A program made the translations under genes and the position numbers. 64,000 nucleotides of DNA from Nageia nagi (lineage: Eukaryota > Plantae > Pinophyta): positions 143,592,001 to 143,656,000 of the forward strand of contig JBITNC010000001.1 in the NCBI GenBank assembly GCA_050084985.1, read 5' to 3'. How positions within the stretch are numbered: position 1 is the first letter of the stretch; every line of letters begins with the position of its first letter. Below the pieces are notes generated by a model, which ran no database searches, had not been told where the DNA came from, and saw nothing but the letters and a program-made list of their open reading frames with translations. This document shows, piece after piece, positions 24,691-37,099 of this stretch.

Positions 24691-27600
24691 GGACATGGAT
24701 AATACCAAGGAAATATGATGGTGTTTTATTGTATTAGGATATTAACTAGATAGTATATAAAATGTATTAAGAAACTATAGATACTTACAGTTCTATTTTG
24801 ATATGAAAATCTAGATAGAAAAGTTATGTTTTGGCTATGTGTTGTTGATGTTTGAACCCCTATGTAGCTACTTACATGTAATAGTTAGGTAGCCAATTTT
24901 GTATAAAACCATTTTAACTAGTTTTTGGGACTTAGCTAAAACTTGCTATTTTGTTATTAATATAATTTACCTATTGGAAAAAAAATGTAAAGTAGACTGA
25001 CATATTTTAAGGAGAATTACCATTTTGTATTAAATGATTGATTAGGGTTAGGGTAGGTGAACTATATATATGTGGAAGAAGAATAGTCAGGATCTTATAA
25101 AATTTATTAGTTTGAGTTGTAAGGAGGTACCTCCCTCAAAGTGTCTCATGATTTATTTTTCTATTCAATAAAGTCACATTGTTGTTATCATATTCCATTC
25201 TAATTCATATTTCCCTTCTATTATTATTTTGTATCTACATTAGCTTGTATTTATCTATTATTTGGCTTAGATTCTATTTAGGAACCTATTGGTTCTTAAC
25301 ATTTGGTATTAGAGCTCTAATTTTGGAACCTATGGGTAGACTAAAGAATGAGATTTGTTTTATTTTTGGTTAAAATAGTACCAAAATTCTACAAGAATTT
25401 CATGGTTGCACTAAGTTAAAAACTCATATTTTTTCCAATTTATGCCTAAAATTTTTTGAAGAAATTTGTTCTTTTTTTCTACCATAGTTCATTACCCCCT
25501 TCTGTACTACACAACTTTTGTATCATGCCCTTTTGTTCATCCATATCTTCACTATGTATCAACCTTCATACTACAACCCATTTGGAAATCATAAACTTCT
25601 CAAAGTGACCCAAACTCACTTTATTCCCTACCAGTTAAGAAAAAAGGGGTTATGTTATAATTACAATGATAAATTTATGCTACTTAGAAGTTATATATTT
25701 TGAATGCAAATTACCCCATTGAATCATCAAGAGATGTATTTCAAATGTAGTGGAAGATAACAAAGTAGAAATAGAGCAACATGTTGAATTTATTCCTAAA
25801 ATTTCTTGCAATATCATACATAGTTTTTCATCACCATAAACTATGAAATATTGTAGACACTTTAAGTGATAAACTATGATAGTATTGATTAACTTTAGGA
25901 GCACTCAAAGTGGCCAAAAAGACCAACTCTTATATTTATCTATAAAACATTTTTGAGGTGATGATCAAGAATGAAGGAAAATTTATATGTAAATGATAGT
26001 ATCATAATATCAAGCTTAATATGGACAACTATCTAATGCAAAGTGATATGTATATTCTACCAATAAGCAGTTATGATATGATCCCTATTATGTAGTGAAT
26101 GATGATATTAAGCCTTATACATTGGGATTTTCTTGAGCTTTGGATGCAATTCAAGGTTGGGAAACATAAATATACTCTTAAGGGACTCAAATTAGGGCCA
26201 TTACAAATCATTAGTTGACATCAGATGGAGAATTTGCTTAATAAGAGAGGAAAGAAAGTGCTGATACAATTATTTTCAATTCAACCAACCATGCAAGAAT
26301 AAAGTGAAGTATAAGAACTACAAAAGATAATCATCCTTCATGTTGGTATTTTTGAGGAACTATGTGGGTTTCCCCCCATCACCCTTATGATCATGTGATC
26401 CAACTAATTTTAGGTAGTCAATCATCTAACATCTAGCATTACGACTACCCATGCTTACAAAAGGATAAAATCAAGAAACTCATCTAAGAATGTTGGAAGA
26501 AAGTATCATTCACCCTTGTGTGAGTCCTTACTCTTCTCATATTCTATTGTTTTGTAAGAAATATGGTCCATGGTGCATGTGCATTAACTTTAGGTATTTA
26601 AACAAAATCACCATAAAGCATACATTTCCCATTCCTATCATTAATGAATTGCTAGACAAATTGCATGGTGCAAAATATTTTTCCAAATTGGATCTCTAAT
26701 TTTGGTACCATCAAATCAAGCTCTACAAAGATGATATCCCCAAAATTACTTTATGCACTTATGAAGACTACTATGAGTTCCTATTAATACCATTTGGTCT
26801 TACTAATGCTCTTTCCATCTTCCAAAGTTTAATGAACTAGGTATTCCATCATTATCTTCAAAAATTTATTTTAGTTTTCTTTGATGACATTTTTATCTAC
26901 AACAAGACTTGGGAGAAACACTTGTCCTAGTTAGATCAAACCTTACAACTTCTCCAAGATAACCAATTGTATGCCAAATTCTCCAAGTGTTCCTTTAGGT
27001 GTCAAGAGCTCAAGTACCTTAGGCATATTATTTCAAAAGAAGGTACCAAAGTGGATCCTTTGAAGATTAAGGATATGTAAAATTAACTTCTTTCCAAGTC
27101 ATTGAAGGGATTATGAGGCTTCCTAGGATTGATAAGGTACTATCATAATTTTGTGAAAGATTATGGAAAGCTTGTAGGCTTGATCACTACCTTGCTCAAA
27201 ACAATGCTTTCAATTGGTCTTCAGGTGTAGAAGAATATTTTTATCTACTAAAAACCATCATGTATTCTACCCTTTTCTTGGCCATGTTGGATTTTTCCAA
27301 GATATTCATCATTGAGATGATGCCTTTGGTGTCATAATTAGAATTTTACTAATACAGAAAGGATTTCCCTAGATTTCATAACCAAATCCCTCTCAAGTAA
27401 AGATTTGGCTAAATCAACCTATGAAAAATAAATGCTTATAGTCATTCATATAGTTCAACATTAGAGACCCTATTTCATTGGTCAATATTTTATCATTTGA
27501 ATGGACCATCATAGTTTAACATATTTCCTACAATAATGCATATCTACTTCATAATAACAAAAATGGATCCCTAAACTTTTGCTATATAATTATGAAATTA

Positions 27601-28063
27601 TGTATTTGAAGGGTAGTGAGAATATAGTTACAAATGCTCTCTCTTAGAAATTTGAATGGCTCTAGGATAGCTTTACTCAAGCTATGATTCAATACTTGCA
27701 AACTTACTTTACAAGTAAATCCTCCTTCTCATGGAGGAAGGGAATTCTATGATTCATAGTTTGTATTGCATTCCATGCTAGCTCTTCATGTCAAGAGGAA
27801 ATACTTCAAAAGTTACATGCTACACCAACAATTGACCATTATATATTTTTGAAGACTTATTGATGAGTGATATGGTCCTTTTATTGGTTAGGTATAAAAT
27901 AAGACATTAAGAAGTTTTTCAAAATATGATTTTTATCAGTGACATAAGGGTGAGATAGTTTTTACCTAAGGTTGATTCAACCTCTACCCATACTAGAGAG
28001 AACTTGAACTAATATTTCAATGGGTTTTATTAAAGGCCTTTGAAAATTGTATGGAAAAGACAT

Positions 28064-31000
28064 TGTTAGGATCCTATATCCTAACATTTACTTAGATTAT
28101 AGTAGTTCATTAATTACAATATCAATTTATAATAAATGTAAGGGGATCAACATATTTTTAAGGTGAATCATCATTTTGTATTGAATGATTGATTAGGGTT
28201 AGGGTAGGTGGACTATAAATATGTGTGGGAATAGAATAGTTATCATCTTGGAAAATATATTAATTGACTTGTAAGGAGTTAATCCCCTCAAAGTGACTCA
28301 TAATTCATTTTAGTTATTCAATAAAGTGATTTTGTTACTATCATGTTCAATTTAGATTCATGTTTCTTATGTTGTGATATTGGAATACATTTTTCTATCA
28401 TGTTCCTTATTATTTGGTGAGAATCCAATTTAGGAACTTCTACTAACATATGGTATCAGAGCTTCAATTTTGGCACTAATGTGCTAGTTGAGGATCAATA
28501 TTATGTATTTCTAATTGAGATATTACTAAAATTTTGCCAAAATATCAAGGTTGCACTTAGTTGGAACCTTAGATTCTACCTATTTTATAGCCAAAACTCT
28601 ACCAAAATATTTTTAAAATTTTGGATGGATCCTTCCACCATATTTTGTGACCCTCATTTGCATCATGTCATTCCTATATTATGCCCCTCCACTCATCTTT
28701 CTATTTCTTATGCATCAAACTTCATTCTACAAGCCATCACCATTCTTGAAACAACCATTTTATCTTATGGAACCCCAAATTTCCTTACCATAAATAGAAA
28801 CTACTAAAATAATCAAACACTTTAGAGACAATTATATTTTAAATTATGAGGAATTAGGAAATTCTAACAAGGTCAGTTCATTACCTACAGTAACAACTTT
28901 TTAAAAAATCATCAATTTTAAACCTATCATTTTGATATAAATCACCCATACACTTTTTTAGTTTCTAAAAATAACAATTCCTAAAATAATAAGATGGTTG
29001 ATGATTAAATATCCTAGGATATAAGTTATAACTTCCTTATATAGTACTATGGATCAAACGATTCAATTCATGGAGCAAGCCATAGTACATAACACATCAT
29101 CAACTGCAAGTGGATCAAGTCAATCTCAACAATATATTGGGAAAGGATTCCATAACTCTTAAGGATCATAATAAGCCTTTATTCTTCCACATACAACCAA
29201 ATTAAACTTTCCAAGATTTGATGGTGAAGACCCCAATAGCTAGTTGTATCGATCTAAGCAATATTTCTCCTTAAATCAAATACCTAATGCTCAAAAGGTC
29301 AAACTCATCTCTTTTCATATAAAGTGTGAAGCCATCCAATGATACCAGTGGTTTGAAAAGGAAAATGACACCCCACCTTAGGGGGATTTCATTTGTAACC
29401 TCCTTATCAGATTTGGTCCTAATAATTTTAAAGATTTCATTGGCACTCTCACTAAATTAAAACAAACAGCTACAATGAGAGAATACCAAATTGAATTTCA
29501 AAAACTTGGTAATCATACTAAAGTATTAGATGAGGCATTCTTTTGTAGTTGTTTCATTAATGGGCTAATGAAAGAAATTCAAGTGGAAGTCAAAATGTTC
29601 AATCCTAGCAAGATGACAATAGTAATAGGGCTTATCGAATTGGCTAAGGATAAGTTTAGTGGACAATGTAAAAATACCAAGAAAACTACTTGGAAACAAC
29701 AAACTTCTCATAGTGGTGACAAGCCACCACACTCCCTTCTAGTTAAAATATTAACTCATTTTGAGTTGAAGCAACATAAGAAAAAAGGGCTTTGTTATAA
29801 TTGTGATAAAAAATTTGCACCAGGCCATCACTGTACCACTCAAAAACTATATTTCCTAGATGCAAATGCCCTTGTGGAACCAACAAAAGATGAGGGTTTT
29901 GAGGATTCTATAAAAGATATTGAAGAGGAATCAAACCAACCTATTGAAGGTATTCCTAGAATTTTTTACAATTCCCTCTATGGGTTTACATCTCCATAAA
30001 CCATGAAAGTTCAAGGATATTTCAAGGGGAAACCATTGATAATATTGCTCAACTTAGGAAGCACTCACAATTTTATGGATCTTGATGTGGCAAAATATAA
30101 TCACTCTTATATCTATTCATAGAATAATTTTGAGATGATGATAGGTAATAAAGGAAACATTGCTTATAAAGTTTGGTGTTGCAATATCAAGCTTAGTATG
30201 GATGACTACAAGATGCAAAGATAAATGTATATTCTACCATTAGGTGGATGTGATGTGATCCTTGTTAGATAATGGTTGATTACATTCGACCCTATTCATT
30301 AGGATTTTTGTGAGATATGGATGCAATTTAAAATTGAAGAAAACAAAATATACTCTCAAAGGAATTAAGGTGGAGCATTCACAACTTATTAGTTCTCATG
30401 GCATGGAGAAACTATTGAAAAAAGGAAGTAAGGGAATGGTGGGAAATGTATTCTTGATTTAGCTAGCCTTCCAAGAATCATCGTAATTATAGGAAGTATA
30501 ATAGTACTTTCCCATCTTATGATTGTCTTTAGGGAACCCTTTGGGTTGCCACCCCATTGCCCTCATGATCATGTAATTCAATTACTCCCTGGAATTCAAC
30601 CACCCAACATCTAGCCTTACCGCTACCTATGCCTACAAAAGGATGAAATATAAAAGCTTGTGGAAGGCATGTTAGAATCTAGTATCATTCACCCAAGTGT
30701 GAATCCTTTTCTCTAATTCTATTGGTTTGTAAAATAGATGGTTCATGGTGGATGTGCATTGACTTTCAAGATCTAAACAAAATCATCATCAAGGATAAGT
30801 TTCCCATTCTAGTCATTGATGAACTAATAGATGAACTCCATGGTGTGAAATATTTTTCCAAATTAGATCTTCAATCTAGGTACCATCAAATCTAGCTTCA
30901 CAAAGAAGATATCCCTAAAACTACTTTTCATATGTGTGAAGGTTATTATGAGTTCTTATTAATTCCCTTCAGCCTTACTAATGCTCCCTCCACCTTACAA

Positions 31001-34000
31001 AGTCTAAAGAACTAGGTATTCAACCCTTCTTTTTGAAAATTTATTTTAGTTTTGTTTGATGATATTTTGATTTAAATCAAAATTTAGAAGGATTAATTAT
31101 CCCAATTAGACCATACCTTGCAACTTCTTAATGAGAATTAGTTGTATACCAAGTGCTCTAAATTTTCTTTTAGCCCACATTGATGTAGCTTCAAATGATC
31201 ATAACTTTTTATCTAACCATCGAATCATTTTGAAATTTTGAGGAGAGCTAGATATGAATTTTTTGATTGGCCTAAATCCATCATTTATTGCCCCAAAATT
31301 AGCTTTTAGTATCATTTTTTAGGATTTTCTAATAAATAGACTTTAATATCTTTTGTTGTATAATTTATTTAGGAGAATAAATTGGGCTACGCCTTAATCC
31401 ATATTAACAAGGCTTGTACATCAAGTTTGAATAGAATCTGAGGAACTTCTTATTTCTAGAAACTTCCTATCTTTAAAAGCATTCTATTTTTAGTAATGTC
31501 TTGGTTTCCAGATGGTTCATTATTTTCTTCAATTAAATTTTCTTGCTTTTTATATGATATATTGTAACAAACCTGATGAAGTTAGTGTAGATTCAAAAGA
31601 ATAAAGATTTTATGCTTGTGAATTTTATTCTTCCATTGATTTACTTATGTATTGTGAGTGAATTTCAGAAGAGCTCAAGTACCTTGGCCACATTATTTTA
31701 GAAGAAAGTGTTAAGGTGGACCAACTAAAGATTGAGGATATACAAACTTGGCCTCTTCCTAAATCCTTGAAAATCTTATGGGGCTTCCTCGAATTAATAG
31801 GGTACTACTATAAGTTTGTGAATGATTATGGAAAGATTACAACCCTACTCAAAGATTTTCTCAAGAAAAGTGTATTTACTTAGTCAATAATTGAAGAAGA
31901 TTCCTTTCATCAATCAAAGGCTACCATGTGCTCTACTCTGGTATTAGAAATGCCAAATTTCTCCAAAACATTCATCATTGAGAGTGATACATTTGGGGTC
32001 AAAATTAGAGTTATGCTAATGTAACAAGGGTGACCTTTGGTTTTCACAAGCAAGGTCCTCTCCTATAGAAACTTGGCTAAATCCACCTATGAAAAATAAA
32101 TGCTTATAATCATTCATGTTGTTCAGCATTGGAAATGCTACCTCATTGGTCATCATTTTATCATTAGAAATGACCACCATAGTTTGAAATACTTCCTAAA
32201 AAACACATCCCCACCCTAGAATAATGAAAGTGGATTCCTAAGCTCTTGGGTTATGATTATGGTACTGTGTATAGAAAGGGTAACAATAATGTAGTTTTTT
32301 ATGCTCTTTCTCAAAAATTTGGGGAACCCATTGCACTCCAATCCCTTTCATTTCTAGTTCCTCAATGGCTTGACCAGGTCAAATAAGAATGGATCCAAGA
32401 TAGTTTGACCCAATCAGTGATTCAATAGTTATAGATAAATTTGATGAGAAAATCCCCTTTTTCTTGGTATGAGGGAATTCTATGATTCAAAGGTCATATT
32501 ACATTGCTTACAAACTCTTCATGTCATGATTGGATACTTCAAGAGTTGCATGCTTCACCAATAGTTGGTCATTTTAGATTTTTGAAAACCTATTAGCATG
32601 TACTCCATTCTTTTTATTGGTTAGGTATGAAACATGACATCAAGAAGTTTGTATCTAAATATAATGTTTATCAATGATAGAAAGGTGATACAATGGAAAC
32701 CCTATATTGCTTCAACCCTTAGCCATACCAAAGAAAACTTCAATAGATATTTCTATATATTTGATTAATAGTCTCCCAAAATCATATGGGAAAGTTGTTA
32801 TCATGGTAGTAATGTATTGACTTTCTAAGTATGTTCATTTATGCCTATTAGCACATCCATACAAGGCTTTCAATGTTTCCCAACTCTTGCTTGATAATAT
32901 TTGTAAACTCCATGGTATGCCTTCTACCATTATTAGTAACCATAATCTAACATTCACCAGTAAATTCTAGTAGGAATTTTTCAAACTCTAGGGAACTAAA
33001 CTCAATATAAGCTCCACTTATCACCCCTAGATAGATGATCATATCGATATTGTTAATAAATGCTTGGAAATATATCTCCATTATTTTTCTTCAGCCCAAC
33101 CAGTTCATTGGATAAAATAGCTTCCTTTAGTAGAATGGTGGTATAATACTTCATATCATACTTCTATCAAGATGATCTCTTATGAAGCTTTGTATGGCCA
33201 ACCCCCACCCGTAGTCATCTCTCACATTCAAGGTAGCACCAATGTCTAAGTAGTTAATAACATTTTAACCAATTAAGAAGACATAATTTGCATCCTTTGA
33301 GAAAATCTTTAAGTGGCTCAACATTCGATGAAACAAATTGATCAAAAATGGGTCAAAAGGTAGTTTCAAGAAGGGAAATGGTTTCTTATAGATCCAATCA
33401 TACCAACAAACATCTCTCAAATTAAAAGGTTCATAAAAATTGGCTCCATGATTTTATGGACCTTATAAAATACTCCAACGTATTGGCCCTATAGCATACA
33501 AGTTGGCACTCTTGGTATCATCCAAGATTCATCTTATTTTTCATATCTCCTACCTTAAGAAAGTCTTAGGCTCTTAGGAAATAGTTTAGATTGAACTACT
33601 TGAATTCACTAAGAGGTATAACATGGTTTAACCTAAGGCTATTTTAGATTGATGCACTTGCTAACTTCACAACCACACAATTATCAAAGTTCTCATCTAG
33701 TGGCATAGATTATCTCTTGAGGATGCAACTTGGGAGACACTTGATCAACTTCAACAACAATTTCTTAATTTTCAACTTTGAGGAGAAATTTCCCTTTAAG
33801 AGGGATGGCATGTTAGGATCCCATATCCTAACATTTACTTAGATTATAGTACTTCATTAATTAGAATATCATCTTATATTAAATGTAAGGGGACTAACAT
33901 ATTTGTAAGGTGAATCACTATTTTGTACTGAATGATCGATTAGGGTTAGGGTAGGTGCACTATAAATATGTGTGGAATAGAATAGTTATCATCTTAGAAA

Positions 34001-34199
34001 ATATATTGTTTGAGTTGTAAGGAGGTATCCCTCTCAAAGTGGCCTACTATTGATTTTAGTTATTCATTAAAGTGATTATGTTAGTATCTTGTTCAATTCA
34101 TATTCATGTTGCTTTTGTTGTGAGATTGTAAAACATTTTTCTATCATTTTCACTATTATTTGGTGAAAATCCCATTTATGAACTTGCAAATTCCTAATA
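28064..34199 (+). mobile_element. Inner full-length chromovirus (Reina-like Ty3/gypsy), decayed
   Basis: LTRs 28064-28448 and 33811-34199 (TGTTAGG...CTAACA/CTAATA); PBS TGGTATCAGAGC at 28451; gag with KKGLCYNCDKKFAPGHHC; protease LL.LGSTHNF at ~30045; RT, RH, INT; chromodomain KVLI*WHRLSLEDATWE at ~33686; PPT AAGAGGGATGGCA; TSD GACAT/GCCAT. Confidence 0.93.
31174..31667. mobile_element. ~490-bp foreign insertion in the RT of the inner chromovirus (possible LTR fragment)
   Basis: Splits KCSKFSF|..ELKYLGHII, which is contiguous in the outer copy (26975-27030). TG at 31181, CA at 31666-31667 and an AATAAA near the end; no TSD seen. Confidence 0.55.
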
Positions 34200-37099
34200 G
34201 CCATTATCATGGTGGTAATAGATCATATATCAAAATATTCTTCATTTTTTACCTTAGCTCACCCATACAAAGATGTCAATGTTACATAATTATTTCTAGA
34301 TAATATTTTCAAACTCCATGATATGCCTAATACCATTATTAGTGACCATGATCCAAAATTCACTAGTAAATTATAACAAGTATTCTTCGAGATCTAAGGC
34401 ACTCAACTCAATATGAGCTAATCTTATGAACCACATATATATAATCAAATAGATATTATTAATAAATACTTAGAAACATATCTTTGTTATTTTTCTTTAG
34501 CCCAACCATTTCATTAAGTTAAGTGGCTCCCCTTAGCATAATGGTGGTATAATACTTCATATCATACATCCATCAAGATTATCATATATGAAGCCTTGTA
34601 TGGATAACCACCACCCATTGTAGCTTCCTATATCCTTGGAAATACTAATGTTCAAGTAGTAGATACCACTTAACCACTCAATGATATATATACTATATCC
34701 TTTGAAAGAATATCCAAGTTGCTCAACATCTTATGAAATAGTAAGTTGATAAACAATAGGTTGAGAGGGGATTTCAAGAAGATGACATGATTTTTCTATG
34801 ACTTCAACCATTCATACAAATATCTCTCAAGTTAAAAGATCCATAAAATTTGACTCTAAGATTTTATGGGCCTTACAAAATCCTCCAATGCAATAGACAT
34901 GCAACATACAAATTCACACTTCTAACATCTTCCAAGATTCACCTTATTTTTCATGTATACTTCCTTAAAAAGATGTTAGGCTACTAGGACATAATTCATA
35001 TTGAACTACCAAAATTCATCGAGGATGGTTCTATAATGGTTGATTCTAAGATCATTCTAGATTGATGGACATGTCACCTTCACAACCATAGCATTACTAA
35101 AGTTCTTATTTGATGGTACATATTATCCCCTGAGGATGTGACTTGGTAGACTCTCCACTAGTTTGAACAACAATTTTCCAACTTTCAACTTTAAGGGAAA
35201 AGGTATCTTTTAAGAGGGATGTCATGTTAGGATATCATATCCTAATATTTACTTAGATTATATTAACTAATCAATTAGATTATCAATTTATATTAAATGT
35301 AAGGTGGACCAACATATTTGTAAGGTGAGTTGCCATTTTGTATTAAATGATCGATTAGGATTAAGGTAGGTGGAATATAAATATATTTGGGAGAAGAATA
35401 ATTAGGATCTTGGAAAATATATTCTTTTGAGTTGTAAGGAGGTAGCCACCTCGAAGTGTCGCATGGTTCATTTTGTTATTCAATAAAGTTACTATGTTGC
35501 TATCTTGTTTCATTTTGATTCATATTACTCTTCTATTGTTATTTCAAATTTGCATTAGCTTATGTTTCTCTATTATCTAGCTAGGGGGGAATCATCATTA
35601 GGAAATTGTAAATAGCATATGAGTCTTGTTAGGGAGTATTTTTAATATAAAGTTGAATTATTAGTATATTGGTAAGTATTTAATAAGGGTAAGAGGGGTA
35701 GGGGTGTTTAAAATTCACATAATATATCTTACCAACATAGAAAAAAAGAGAGGGGGTTAGTTTGAGGGGTGGGGTTATATTTTATTTTTTATTCAAAATT
35801 TATTATAAATTTAGCTTCTCAAATTCCTTCAACTATCTTAATAACCATTTTCACTTATGTAGTTAGTTATAAACTCCTTTGAATTAGTAAATAATGAATT
35901 ATGAAAAATAAAATAAAATCTTTTATTTTATTGAGAATTTATTTTTAATTCAAATTATATATTTATTTGAAATGAAAACAAAAAGGAATTAAAAAATTAT
36001 ATTTTATTGCGGGGCACTTGATCACCAAAGAAGTTTTAGCTACCTAACTCCAAGTATGCATTCAAGGTACTAATTGCCACCACAAGCTTAAGGTTTCCGA
36101 TATGACTATAATTGCATTGCCTCATTATATAACTTAAATGATATATTACCATGGTCCTCATATTCTAATGATATCCTTTTAATTTATTAATATATTAAAA
36201 TAAAATAATAAAAAAAATAATGATAATCATATCATGAGTAGTAATAACCTAGTAAAAATCATAATGTTTAGTTAGATTCTTAGTCAACATGGTTTCCATA
36301 ATCTTATTTAATATCTTTTAAGTTAGTGTTACTTCTTTAATATCATAAATTAAGAGATTCAATTATCAATATTTATATATCATATGTACCTTATTAAAGT
36401 ATCTTTAATAATTCCACACCCTTCAAGTTTTCCACATCAACATTAAGAGGCCAAGTTTGAAGATTATCAATTTATCATCAAATTCACAATGAAATTTTCT
36501 ATTTAAATAGGTAAAATTTATTGTTTTCATGTCTATTAGCTATATATTTTAGTAAAAGGCTATCCATAGACCATAATTAACCACATACCATGTTCATATG
36601 ATAAAAACCTATCACTATCCCCTCACCCCATCCTTCATTCTAGTTCCCCTTGTATGTGGATCCAACAAATTTCTAGTTATTTTATAGTATGTGCATGTCA
36701 AGAGATTTTTTGTGTGATCATTGTTTTCACTTTCAAGTGAGCTTATTTTTCATGTTACTTTTTAAATAAATACTTTTCAATCCATATTAGGATTCATCAT
36801 TTTAAGTGATTTTAAATAACAAGAGATAAGGTTTTCAATTGGTAAAGGTCTAGATTGTTATAATTTCAAGTGATGAAGGGGTATTGAAAATTTATTTAAT
36901 TTTTTAGTAAAATGGTATAAGGAAAAAAGGGTTATTATTTACTATATAGAAGTATACCATGAGGGGTTTAATAAAATAAAAGAGAAGGTGGTAAATTCTA
37001 AAAATAGGATTTTTTAAAGAATTATATGTATACAAATGTTATGAAGGCTTTTAATTAAGTGAAACCTCCGTGTAACTAGCTTAGATTTCATATATAAAC

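Larger units (their letters stand above)
19895..24984 (+). mobile_element. 5'-truncated L1 LINE: end of endonuclease, RT, zf-RVT, then an extra decayed ORF and poly(A)
   Basis: EN SDH.PILL at ~19925; GDRNTKFF at ~20333; FKPISLCNMVYKIITK at ~20808; KLDM*KTYDKVSW at ~21010; HQFIDD at ~21323; zf-RVT MPNRCVMCKKEEETVDHLLVQCEYASKIW at 22501-22587; A-tail at 24977-24984. Confidence 0.85.
24982..35617 (+). mobile_element. Outer (older) chromovirus, Reina-like Ty3/gypsy; interrupted at 28064-34199
   Basis: 5' LTR remnant 24982-25301 ending CTTAACA; PBS TGGTATTAGAGC (tRNA-iMet) at 25304; gag LRKKGLCYN with about 1 kb deleted; RT SPYSSHILLFCKKYGPWCMCINFRYLNKITIK..FPIP (26490-26699); RH; INT; chromodomain-like VLI*W..LSPEDVTW at ~35100; PPT AAGAGGGATG; 3' LTR 35225-~35617. 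Confidence 0.9.

Noticed and set aside
37043-37079. Helitron-like 3' end (degenerate hairpin followed by CTAG)
   Set aside because: The hairpin is imperfect, the next base is C rather than T, and no 5' end or Rep/Hel remnant was found; not supportable without a family consensus.
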